Source: Turneriella sp. (GTDB lineage Bacteria > Spirochaetota > Leptospiria > Turneriellales > Turneriellaceae). From it: a stretch of 64,000 bases of DNA. The number at the start of each line of letters is the position of its first letter. The first letter of the stretch is position 1. The translations under genes and the position numbers were made by a program. Positions 10,309 to 17,669 of the stretch are shown here, in pieces. The DNA lies in the NCBI GenBank assembly GCA_965279515.1, contig CBDIID010000003.1, positions 2,432,001 to 2,496,000 of the forward strand, read 5' to 3'. The notes under the pieces were generated by a model, which did no database searches, was not told the DNA's origin, and worked only from the letters and a program-made list of their open reading frames with translations.

Positions 10309-12798
10309 GTGAAGAAGCTGTCTCTGATTATTGCCGCAGCTTTGCTGCTCTTTGCCTGCGCCAGAAAAAACCGGCCCCTGATGGTGGCGCAGGGTGGTGT
10401 GCTTGACCTGCGCGAGAATAAAACATCCGGGCAACCCGCGTGGGATTTCGAACAGCACGGTACACTCGAACTCAATGGTGAATGGGAAATTTACTGGAAT
10501 CGCCTTCTCGATCCAACCGATTTCACACAGAAGGCACTACCTAAACCTTCTGCGCTTGTAAAGGTTCCGGCGCGCTGGAACGGCATGCAGCTCGACGGAG
10601 TCACGGCCGCTGGCAATGGGTTTGCAACCTACCGGCTCAAGCTCATCTTGCCGGGCAAAAGTTATGTGCAGAGCGAGCTTTTAGCACTGCGCTGCCGTTA
10701 CCAGCAATCTGCTTACCGCATTTTCTGGAATGGGATCTCCATAGCGGGCAACGGCGTTGTGGCGACGCATAGGGAATCATACCGCCCGGAATACCGGCCT
10801 TTAACTGCAAAGGTGCCTGGGGGCGAGAAGCATGAGATTGAAATTATTGTTCAGGTTGCCAATTTCGCGCACCGTTATGGCGGGTTTTCTATCCCCCTGG
10901 AACTCGGCATGGCGCCGGCACTCGCCGCATACACGCGCACACGCCAACTGACAGAAGCGTTTCTGCTGGGTGCGGCGCTGCTCATGTCTTCGTATTTCTT
11001 CGGCTTATTTTTCACGCGCCGGCAAGATCGCGCACCGCTTTGGTTTGCAATCTGCTGCTTCGCAATGTTCATCCGCATCCTGATTACCGGCGACCGTCTC
11101 GTCATGCAGGTTTTTACCGAACCCGACTGGACATTTTTACTCCGGCTGGAATATATTTCGTTTAATATCGCGACCCTCTCGGGGCTCATGTACCTGCATA
11201 ATCTTTTTGTCGAAGAAACCAATCTCCGCATCCGGAACATCATCGTCGGTGTGCTTATACTGCTGACCTTACCTGTGTTGATTCTGCCGCCGGCACTCTT
11301 TACCCATACCTTGCTCTACGGGCAGCTCGTGATTCTCGTCACTCTGCTCTTCGCCTACTACGTCTCCATCAAGGCGATGATCAACCGCCGCGAAGGCGCG
11401 CAGGCTGTCTTCCTGGGCTTTGCACTACTTTCCATTACGGTCGTAAACGACATCCTCTACAACCAGTTTTTGGTTGGCCCCGGTTATCTTGCCCCGTATG
11501 GTATTTTCATTCTCGTACTTACCCATTCGGTGGCCCTGTCGCGCCGCCTTGCCGCGGGGTTTCGCCAGACTGAGAACATGAAAGAAAACCTGGAGATCCA
11601 GGTTGAACTGCGCACCATAGAACTGCAAGAAGCGATCAACATTGCGGAGCAGGCGACTAAAGCCAAGTCAGCTTTTTTTGCGATGATGACGCATGAGCTA
11701 CGCACGCCGCTGAACGGCATCATTGGTATGTCGAATATTCTTAAACTGACTCAGCTCAATCCGGAACAGGAAAAATATCTCAACATTATCCACGGCAGCG
11801 GCTCGAACCTGATGTCAGTTATTAACGACATTCTCGATTTTTCCGTGATCGATGCGGGAAAACTCTCTCTCAATAAATCGGTATTTTCACTTTCCGAGTG
11901 CCTCGAAGAGGTCATGACGCTGGGCAGGACGCTCATTAGGGATAAAAATGTAACGCTCACCCGGGCGCCGCTGCCGCCGGGCGTTCCGGACAAAGTCATC
12001 TCTGATCAGGCAAGGTTGCGCCAGGTTCTGCTGAATCTCGTCGGCAATGCTGTAAAATTTACCGAACAGGGATACGTCCACCTGAGCTTCTCGGTTCTCC
12101 AGGCGTGGCATAATATCTACCGTATCGAGTTCTGTATTGAAGATACGGGGATTGGTATTTCAGAAGAGGAGCAGCAGTATCTCTTCAAACCTTATACACA
12201 GGCAGACCAGACCATCTCACGGCGTTACGGCGGAACGGGACTCGGACTCGTCATCAGTTCGCGCATTGTCGAGGCCCTGGGGGGAGCGATCTTTTTGAGT
12301 AGCCTGCCCGGAAAAGGGAGCTGTTTCTTTTTTTCGATTCTGCTGCAGGCGGCAGAAGAAGCCGATGCGGCGAACGAAGCGCCGCACAGCCCCCCGATGC
12401 AAATCGGCACGGATTTCGCATTGCGTTATCCGTTAAAAATTCTCGTGGTTGAAGATGATGTTGTCAACCAGGTCGTGATCACCGAATCGTTGCGGGTTTT
12501 GGGATACCGGGCGACGCTGGCCGACCACGGCCGGGCAGCGCTGGATATTACCGCGCACGAGAGTTTTGACCTGATACTCATGGATGTGCAGATGCCGGAA
12601 ATCTCGGGTATCGAAGCGACGCGGGAAATCCGCAAAAGGGAGAACGGCAAGACCTTCACCATTATTGCGCTGACGGCAGATTCTTCGGTCGAAAACCAGC
12701 GCCAATGCTTCGATGCGGGCATGGACGACTTTCTCATGAAACCTTTTAACCTGGCAGCGCTGCAGAATATGTTTATTAAGTGGTCGAAGAAAAGCTGA
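10309..12798 (+). CDS. Hybrid sensor histidine kinase/response regulator with 7TM-DISM-type sensor
   Basis: Extracellular beta domain (LNGEWEIYW...GFATYRL), about 7 TM helices, [11 protein letters not shown]-box, N/G1/G2 boxes and receiver domain [10 protein letters not shown]...KP. Confidence 0.92.
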   Translation: MKKLSLIIAAALLLFACARKNRPLMVAQGGVLDLRENKTSGQPAWDFEQHGTLELNGEWEIYWNRLLDPTDFTQKALPKPSALVKVPARWNGMQLDGVTAAGNGFATYRLKLILPGKSYVQSELLALRCRYQQSAYRIFWNGISIAGNGVVATHRESYRPEYRPLTAKVPGGEKHEIEIIVQVANFAHRYGGFSIPLELGMAPALAAYTRTRQLTEAFLLGAALLMSSYFFGLFFTRRQDRAPLWFAICCFAMFIRILITGDRLVMQVFTEPDWTFLLRLEYISFNIATLSGLMYLHNLFVEETNLRIRNIIVGVLILLTLPVLILPPALFTHTLLYGQLVILVTLLFAYYVSIKAMINRREGAQAVFLGFALLSITVVNDILYNQFLVGPGYLAPYGIFILVLTHSVALSRRLAAGFRQTENMKENLEIQVELRTIELQEAINIAEQATKAKSAFFAMMTHELRTPLNGIIGMSNILKLTQLNPEQEKYLNIIHGSGSNLMSVINDILDFSVIDAGKLSLNKSVFSLSECLEEVMTLGRTLIRDKNVTLTRAPLPPGVPDKVISDQARLRQVLLNLVGNAVKFTEQGYVHLSFSVLQAWHNIYRIEFCIEDTGIGISEEEQQYLFKPYTQADQTISRRYGGTGLGLVISSRIVEALGGAIFLSSLPGKGSCFFFSILLQAAEEADAANEAPHSPPMQIGTDFALRYPLKILVVEDDVVNQVVITESLRVLGYRATLADHGRAALDITAHESFDLILMDVQMPEISGIEATREIRKRENGKTFTIIALTADSSVENQRQCFDAGMDDFLMKPFNLAALQNMFIKWSKKS

Positions 12799-12859
12799 TC
12801 TCAAATTATTTACGGCACGTCCCGTTAAAACACACAGCCTCGGGCTATTTGGCCCAGCA

Positions 12860-12931
12860 GCCCTCGTAGCTCAGTGGATAGAGCGTTGGTCTCCGAAGCC
12901 ATGTGCGCAGGTTCGATTCCTGCCGAGGGCA
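12860..12931 (+). tRNA. tRNA-Arg (anticodon CCG)
   Basis: Cloverleaf: acceptor GCCCTCG/CGAGGGC, D-arm GCTC..GAGC, anticodon loop CT-CCG-AA, T-arm GCAGG-TTCGATT-CCTGC. CCA is not encoded. Confidence 0.95.
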
Positions 12932-12933
12932 CA
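12919..12933 (+). repeat. attL-like direct repeat (tRNA-Arg 3' end), CCTGCCGAGGGCACA
   Basis: An identical 15-mer occurs at 51597-51611. Confidence 0.85.
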
Positions 12934-13022
12934 TATCGATGCTTCGACATTCGGCTTGCGGCATTACTCGGGATCGTCCCACTGCTTTTGCCCGCTTCGA
13001 TCTTGCGATTTGTATCGCTGGG

Positions 13023-13160
13023 CGCCCCCGTCTCATCCGCAATCCAGCACCGAAAGCCGTTGTTGTGCTCGAACTTGCGCAGAGGAACCGACTCGGTTTC
13101 TCTTCATCCTGTGCTGCGCGAAGACGCTTCTTTCGGAATGCCCGGCGAAAAGAGTTGCCT
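13023..13160 (-). pseudogene. Deletion-riddled remnant of a DUF3024-like gene (third tandem copy)
   Basis: Minus-strand blocks QLFSPGIPKEA / AAQDEEKPSRFL / KFEHNNGF / WIADETG match the 13635-14000 protein (QLFAPSIPKEA / AAKDEEQPSRFF / KFEFDNGF / WLADETG) in order but across frameshifts; the ATG has become AGG. Confidence 0.75.
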
Positions 13161-13178
13161 ATTGATTAGCCTACTACC

Positions 13179-13613
13179 TCACCATCCGGCACTGACTAAC
13201 ACTGCCAAAGCATCGCGCTCGATATCCGCGTCGGAAACCCGTCGGCGCTTTCCCGTCACCAGCCGCGAACGAAAGATGCCCGTGGCATCGTCCTGAAAAT
13301 GGCGCAGTACGGCTGGAAAGCGCTCTGCCGCTGGGGCCAGGGCAAAGCGCCGCCACTTGCGGCTCGCATCGATGCAGTAAAGGTGCCACTTGCCGTCTTG
13401 GTAGAGAAACTTGGCCGCATCACGGCCTGTGAAATCCCCGTTTTCCGCGACGAATTCTTCCGCAATGATAAACGCATTGCCGCGACGAAACCAGTAAATC
13501 CGATCTCTCTCTCCGCGGCGCTTTCTTTGCGCATGGCGCACGTATGCGTCGAGGTGTGCAGACACGATTACCATTAGGTCGGTAGGGATGGACGGGCGAA
13601 AGAGTGTAAGCAT
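13179..13613 (-). CDS. DUF3024-like protein (paralog 2, with C-terminal extension)
   Basis: AKFLYQDGKWHLYCIDASRKWRRF...DDATGIF resembles the DUF3024 pattern; paralogous to the adjacent gene. Confidence 0.65.
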   Translation of the reverse strand: MLTLFRPSIPTDLMVIVSAHLDAYVRHAQRKRRGERDRIYWFRRGNAFIIAEEFVAENGDFTGRDAAKFLYQDGKWHLYCIDASRKWRRFALAPAAERFPAVLRHFQDDATGIFRSRLVTGKRRRVSDADIERDALAVLVSAGW

Positions 13614-13634
13614 ATTTTCAATCTTGCTGCGGGC

Positions 13635-14000
13635 CTATCCCCTGAATATCCCGGTCTCATCCGCAAGCCAGTGCCGGAACACAGCATCAAAACTCTTCGC
13701 CGCCTTCGCAGGCACATACCTTCGCCAGGTACGGCTGGCGTCCAGACAGTAAAGCAGCCAGAAACCGTTGTCGAACTCAAACTTGCCCGAGTCGCGCCGT
13801 GTCAATTGACCGTCTTGTGTGACAAACTCTTCGGAAAGTATCACCGTCTTGCCCTTTCGCGCCCAGAAGAACCGACTTGGCTGCTCTTCATCTTTCGCTG
13901 CAGCGCGGCGTTTTTTCTCTACCCGCTTGCAGTAGGCATCGAGCCGTGTCATCGCGTCGGTGAAGGCTTCTTTCGGAATGGATGGCGCGAAGAGTTGCAT
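13635..14000 (-). CDS. DUF3024-like protein (paralog 1)
   Basis: GKFEFDNGFWLLYCLDASRTWRRY...ADETGIFRG. ATG at 14000 chosen by alignment with the paralog; it also avoids overlap with the upstream gene. Confidence 0.65.
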   Translation of the reverse strand: MQLFAPSIPKEAFTDAMTRLDAYCKRVEKKRRAAAKDEEQPSRFFWARKGKTVILSEEFVTQDGQLTRRDSGKFEFDNGFWLLYCLDASRTWRRYVPAKAAKSFDAVFRHWLADETGIFRG

Positions 14001-14016
14001 CGGTGTCAGTGTCAGC

Positions 14017-14610
14017 TTACTTAAACTGAATATCCCTTTGAATATCTTCAACGGACTTCATGACCGTTGCGTCCGCGATCTTCTCTTCGACGGAACCCGG
14101 GAAAGCAAAAGGCATGCCGAAGATTAGTAAAATCTGATTCAGCTGCGTCATAGGTTCGGTATATACGTATTCTTTTAAAACCTGATTTCCCTTGTATACT
14201 TTCACTTTGGTGACAATATCCTTACTGTTCCAGGAGGGAATGATGCCGACAGTGATAATACCGAGCCCGTTCAAAAAGCCGTTAAAAAAAGTATCCTTGG
14301 AAACCGGCTCCCATTTATACGTGATCAGGTAGCCTGTAGCCATACTGTCTTTATCCGTAATGCTCACCGACAGATTGGCCGCTTTAAAGTGTTTTTCAGC
14401 GGATTCTTTGAGTGCTTTTTCCTGAAAACTTCCGGCGATGCCGGCTTTCACATAGATGCTGACAGGCTGCTGTACTTTAGACTGAATTGGCGACAGCTTT
14501 TCCGGCGCCTGAATGTTGTGTCCGCGCCAGCCGATGCAATTTGCGACTAACAGAATAGCCCCAAACAGGCTAAAAAAGCCGTAACGCTTTAAAAAAGATC
14601 GGTTTTCCAC
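14017..14610 (-). CDS. Hypothetical lipoprotein
   Basis: GTG start after GGAG; lipobox LVANC; internal hydrophobic hairpin (GLGIITVGIIPSW, ILLIFGMPF) seen in leptospiral lipoproteins. Confidence 0.7.
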   Translation of the reverse strand: MENRSFLKRYGFFSLFGAILLVANCIGWRGHNIQAPEKLSPIQSKVQQPVSIYVKAGIAGSFQEKALKESAEKHFKAANLSVSITDKDSMATGYLITYKWEPVSKDTFFNGFLNGLGIITVGIIPSWNSKDIVTKVKVYKGNQVLKEYVYTEPMTQLNQILLIFGMPFAFPGSVEEKIADATVMKSVEDIQRDIQFK

Positions 14611-14630
14611 ATATTCTCCATAGTTTTCTC

Positions 14631-14648
14631 TTTGTATCTTATGATACC
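14631..14648 (-). promoter_or_regulatory. Repeated 18-bp palindromic motif TTTGTATCTTATGATACC (copy 1)
   Basis: Identical copy at 16279-16296; contains the inverted repeat GTATC-N4-GATAC; lies 20 nt upstream of the start at 14610. Confidence 0.6.
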
Positions 14649-14662
14649 TGTATATTCATCGC

Positions 14663-14731
14663 GCCCAATCGCTCGCTTACCTGAAGTTTTCGAAGGCAAC
14701 TTAGCCTTGCGTCAGGTAAGCGCGGTTGGGC
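14663..14731 (-). repeat. Integron attC-like site (degenerate R' box)
   Basis: Minus strand reads GCCCAAC...GATTGGGC with perfect 11-bp inner arms CGCTTACCTGA/TCAGGTAAGCG; it lies just after the stop of 14750-15478. Confidence 0.6.
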
Positions 14732-14749
14732 TGATGCGCGGCCGGGAGC

Positions 14750-15478
14750 TTACTTCCCTTTCTTCTTCGCTGCAGGTTTCTTGCCTGCTGCAGGTTTCGC
14801 CTCTTCGGCTGGTGCTGCATACGGATCAGCGTTTGTTGCGGCTGGTGCCGGCGCAGCATACGGATCTTTGGCGCTGTCGTTTGAAGATGTTGTTCCAAAC
14901 ACATAACCCGCACCAAACTGCGCATACAGACCAGACTTGAAATCACGCGTGCTGCCGACTCCGCCTATGTCAGCGCCGAATTCAAAAACCTCGTAAAGAA
15001 ACGTGCCTTTCAGAAAAACACTGTCTACAGGAAACACTTTGATACCGCCGCCTACAACAATGCCAGTACCAAAGCGGCTTGAACCCGTCACCTCCGCACC
15101 ATTCAGCGTTCCCTTAGTAGCGTATTTAATCTGCGAACCCGGGCTGAAGAAGAATGCAAACCGTGAAATGCGGTAGTTGAATTCGAAGAGCAAGCTCAGC
15201 ATATATTCCATCTGTGAAAAACCACTCAACTCGCCGCTGCTCGTAGTCGCCTTGCTGACCGTGTTTAAAAGCAGAGAATAATTCATGCCAAAATGGAAAC
15301 CCTGCTTAGTGGGTTCATCCGTAAATGAAATACCTCCGCCGAATTTGGTAAACTTCTGTGAAGGTGTCTTATACTCAGTTTCCTGATAGTTACCCAGAAC
15401 ACCCAGGCCGAAATTAGCAAACACCAGTTGTGGTGCGAGTAATGCAGCACACAGAATTAATTTTTTGATTTTTTTCAT
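14750..15478 (-). CDS. Outer-membrane beta-barrel protein with Pro/Ala/Lys-rich tail
   Basis: Signal peptide, about 8 amphipathic strands ending GAGYVF, then a tail with 2x DPYAAPA and KKPAAKKKGK. Confidence 0.65.
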   Translation of the reverse strand: MKKIKKLILCAALLAPQLVFANFGLGVLGNYQETEYKTPSQKFTKFGGGISFTDEPTKQGFHFGMNYSLLLNTVSKATTSSGELSGFSQMEYMLSLLFEFNYRISRFAFFFSPGSQIKYATKGTLNGAEVTGSSRFGTGIVVGGGIKVFPVDSVFLKGTFLYEVFEFGADIGGVGSTRDFKSGLYAQFGAGYVFGTTSSNDSAKDPYAAPAPAATNADPYAAPAEEAKPAAGKKPAAKKKGK

Positions 15479-15502
15479 ATCTTCTCCTATAACTTATTTT
15501 AA

Positions 15503-16255
15503 CTATTTTGCTTCTTTGAGCTTCGCAAAGATCAGATCAACCGTGCGCGCATAGACATGCTTCTGCTTGATTTTTGTGAAATTTGCAACATCACCGGCAC
15601 CCGTGACGTCGAGCGGCGGATCGATCGCACCGGCACCGCTAAAAATGCGTTCTCCCGTGCGGTCGTAGATCACAATACCCGTGCCCATAAGAGCCTTGTC
15701 CTGTTGAATAACAAACACAACCTTGCTGAACGACAGCGCAATCGCATCAACATTCAGTTTTTCGCAAAAATAGACCGCGAGTTTTGACAAGTCCGCTTTT
15801 TCCAGATGCTTGCCGAATTCACCCTCCGGCGCATCGATGAAATTCTTCTCTCCGCTGGCTTGTGTTACGGAAAACTCGTTTTTGTAGGCGGCAACCGGGA
15901 AATCTTTAAAACCATCGTTTTCAGCTGTTGCATACGCTTTTGTCAGTTGCTTGCCCGACAAAACCGTCGCGTTTAATTCTGTCGCCAGTTTTTTTGTCGC
16001 AATGTCGCGGTACTGATCCACCACACCGGCATCGACCTTATTGAGCTCGCCTGCTATTGCGGCAAATTTTGCCTCCGTGGCACCCTGCTGAAGGCCCGAC
16101 ATGCTTGTAACGGCAGCCTTTTCTATCAGCGTTTCCAGAAGCGCGATTTTTTTGATCGCTACCAGCTTCTCTTTCGAAGCCACGACCTTAACAGTCGAAC
16201 AGCCCATGAGCGCAAATAAGGCAACTGCGCCGGGAATCCATAGTCTTCTCTTCAT
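15503..16255 (-). CDS. Hypothetical lipoprotein
   Basis: Lipobox ALMGC; RBS GGGAG; alpha/beta mature region. Confidence 0.7.
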   Translation of the reverse strand: MKRRLWIPGAVALFALMGCSTVKVVASKEKLVAIKKIALLETLIEKAAVTSMSGLQQGATEAKFAAIAGELNKVDAGVVDQYRDIATKKLATELNATVLSGKQLTKAYATAENDGFKDFPVAAYKNEFSVTQASGEKNFIDAPEGEFGKHLEKADLSKLAVYFCEKLNVDAIALSFSKVVFVIQQDKALMGTGIVIYDRTGERIFSGAGAIDPPLDVTGAGDVANFTKIKQKHVYARTVDLIFAKLKEAK

Positions 16256-16278
16256 TCAATTCTCCCTTGATAAGTTTA

Positions 16279-16296
16279 TTTGTATCTTATGATACC
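16279..16296 (-). promoter_or_regulatory. Repeated 18-bp palindromic motif TTTGTATCTTATGATACC (copy 2)
   Basis: Identical to 14631-14648; lies 23 nt upstream of the start at 16255. Confidence 0.6.
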
Positions 16297-16379
16297 GTTT
16301 TCACAACCGGAATATATTCAAATATTTTTCGCCAGCCACTCTCCGAAGACGGAGACGCGAAATGCGTCACCATCATGGC

Positions 16380-16469
16380 GCCCAACGTTGGTTTACGCGA
16401 AGTTGCGTAGCAATTTGCGGCGATGGGTGAGCGCAGTCGAACCCGGAGCCCGCGTAAACCCGGTTGGGC
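16380..16469 (-). repeat. Integron attC-like site
   Basis: RYYYAAC (GCCCAAC) and GTTRRRY (GTTGGGC) boxes span 90 bp, with inner arms GGTTTACGCG/CGCGTAAACC; lies downstream of the SH3 gene stop. Confidence 0.7.
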
Positions 16470-16541
16470 GACGTGATGACGCGCGGGAGGGTTCGGATAT
16501 CCGAACGATTTGTCTTGTTTTCGCGTGGAATGTGCTGCGCT

Positions 16542-17669
16542 TCATTTCTCATACTCTATGTATGCATCAAACACCCATTGGTCTTTGCCGATTTCAACCC
16601 AATGTCCTTTCTTACCATCAATCTCTACATAATCACCAACTTGACCTACTGAAAGTTTAGTTCCCTTGGCAATGAGTCCAACTTTTTCTGCTTCTATGTT
16701 CGGCTTTTTTCGTACATTTAGGCCGCTTTGGGGCACCGCAGTGGCGCGCTGACTATTTTTTTCAAAACCCTGGAAGACTCTACGAAATTCTTCATTGTCA
16801 AATTTCTGGATGCAATACCAGTACTCAGTGCTGTCTGCCAGCGAAGGCACAAACCGTTCTTTACCGGCATATTCGCGCCGCTGTTTTATTGTGCCATGGC
16901 TGCGGAGTTCGCCAGAGTTAAGAAGGGTAAATTTGAAATTGATATTGAAGTCGACGTAGATATCGCTAAAGCCATAATGTTTCAGCTGAGCGGTTTCGCA
17001 AGATCTCCTGCATTCACCGGGTGTGCTCCATTTTTCCCAATCTACGCAAGCGTCTTTCAGAAAATTACCTTTTGGCAACTCCCGGCGACGACCACACAAG
17101 CCACTTGATCCATCCGCGCAACGTGAACATGGTGAGCCGTCTTTATAAATTCCGCTAACAACTAAGCTCTTACTATCATCTGTGTACCATCTGAGATCAC
17201 GCCATTCGTCGTGTTCACCCCAGCGTACAGCTCTGTGATTTGGCAAAAGCCAAAAAGAAGAACTCTGCGAAGCTGATAAATATATGTGTCCAGCATTCAA
17301 ATCCTTTAATGAATCTGAATTCAGACATTTGCTCTTATCAATATCATAATCTGGAACAAAGATATACCCAGCTTTATTCTCGTATTTAGCACTTATCCAA
17401 CGACCCCATGCGCCATTCTTTCTTTCAAAGTTACCAACTATGTTACCTTTTTCAACTTTCGTCCCCTTCGGAATATATGCGAGAATTTTCCGAGGCTGAC
17501 CATTAACAGAACTGATTCGTTTATCACCTATGTTCCAAAACTCTGTTTTTTCGCCAACGGTATAGTAACTGTCTGATTTTTCAGCTCGCAGGCAACATCC
17601 CAAGCTGATAAAAAAAAATATCTTTGTCAACTTTAGAAAAATTAACTTACTACGATTTCTACCGCCCAT
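16542..17669 (-). CDS. Exported SH3b-domain protein; candidate immunity protein of the upstream giant toxin
   Basis: C-terminal SH3b motif GLNVRKKPNIEAEKVGLIAKGTKL...GHWVEI...WVFDAY and a second SH3-like N-terminal segment; signal/lipobox-like SLGC; Cys-rich centre; start overlaps the giant gene stop; low GC. Confidence 0.75.
   Translation of the reverse strand: MGGRNRSKLIFLKLTKIFFFISLGCCLRAEKSDSYYTVGEKTEFWNIGDKRISSVNGQPRKILAYIPKGTKVEKGNIVGNFERKNGAWGRWISAKYENKAGYIFVPDYDIDKSKCLNSDSLKDLNAGHIYLSASQSSSFWLLPNHRAVRWGEHDEWRDLRWYTDDSKSLVVSGIYKDGSPCSRCADGSSGLCGRRRELPKGNFLKDACVDWEKWSTPGECRRSCETAQLKHYGFSDIYVDFNINFKFTLLNSGELRSHGTIKQRREYAGKERFVPSLADSTEYWYCIQKFDNEEFRRVFQGFEKNSQRATAVPQSGLNVRKKPNIEAEKVGLIAKGTKLSVGQVGDYVEIDGKKGHWVEIGKDQWVFDAYIEYEK

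Noticed and set aside
12845..13296. ORFs overlapping the tRNA (12845-13042, 12874-13296, 12903-13169, 12956-13165)
   Set aside because: They overlap the tRNA and/or the DUF3024 remnant and have no recognisable protein features.
14632..16660. ORFs beginning MYLMIP (14632-14940, 16280-16660)
   Set aside because: The shared N-terminus only reflects the repeated 18-bp DNA motif; both run through attC-like hairpins antisense to real genes.
17610..17618. A9 homopolymer in the SH3 gene 5' end as a phase-variation switch
   Set aside because: It encodes Phe codons of a signal peptide in an AT-rich gene; no evidence of slippage from a single sequence.
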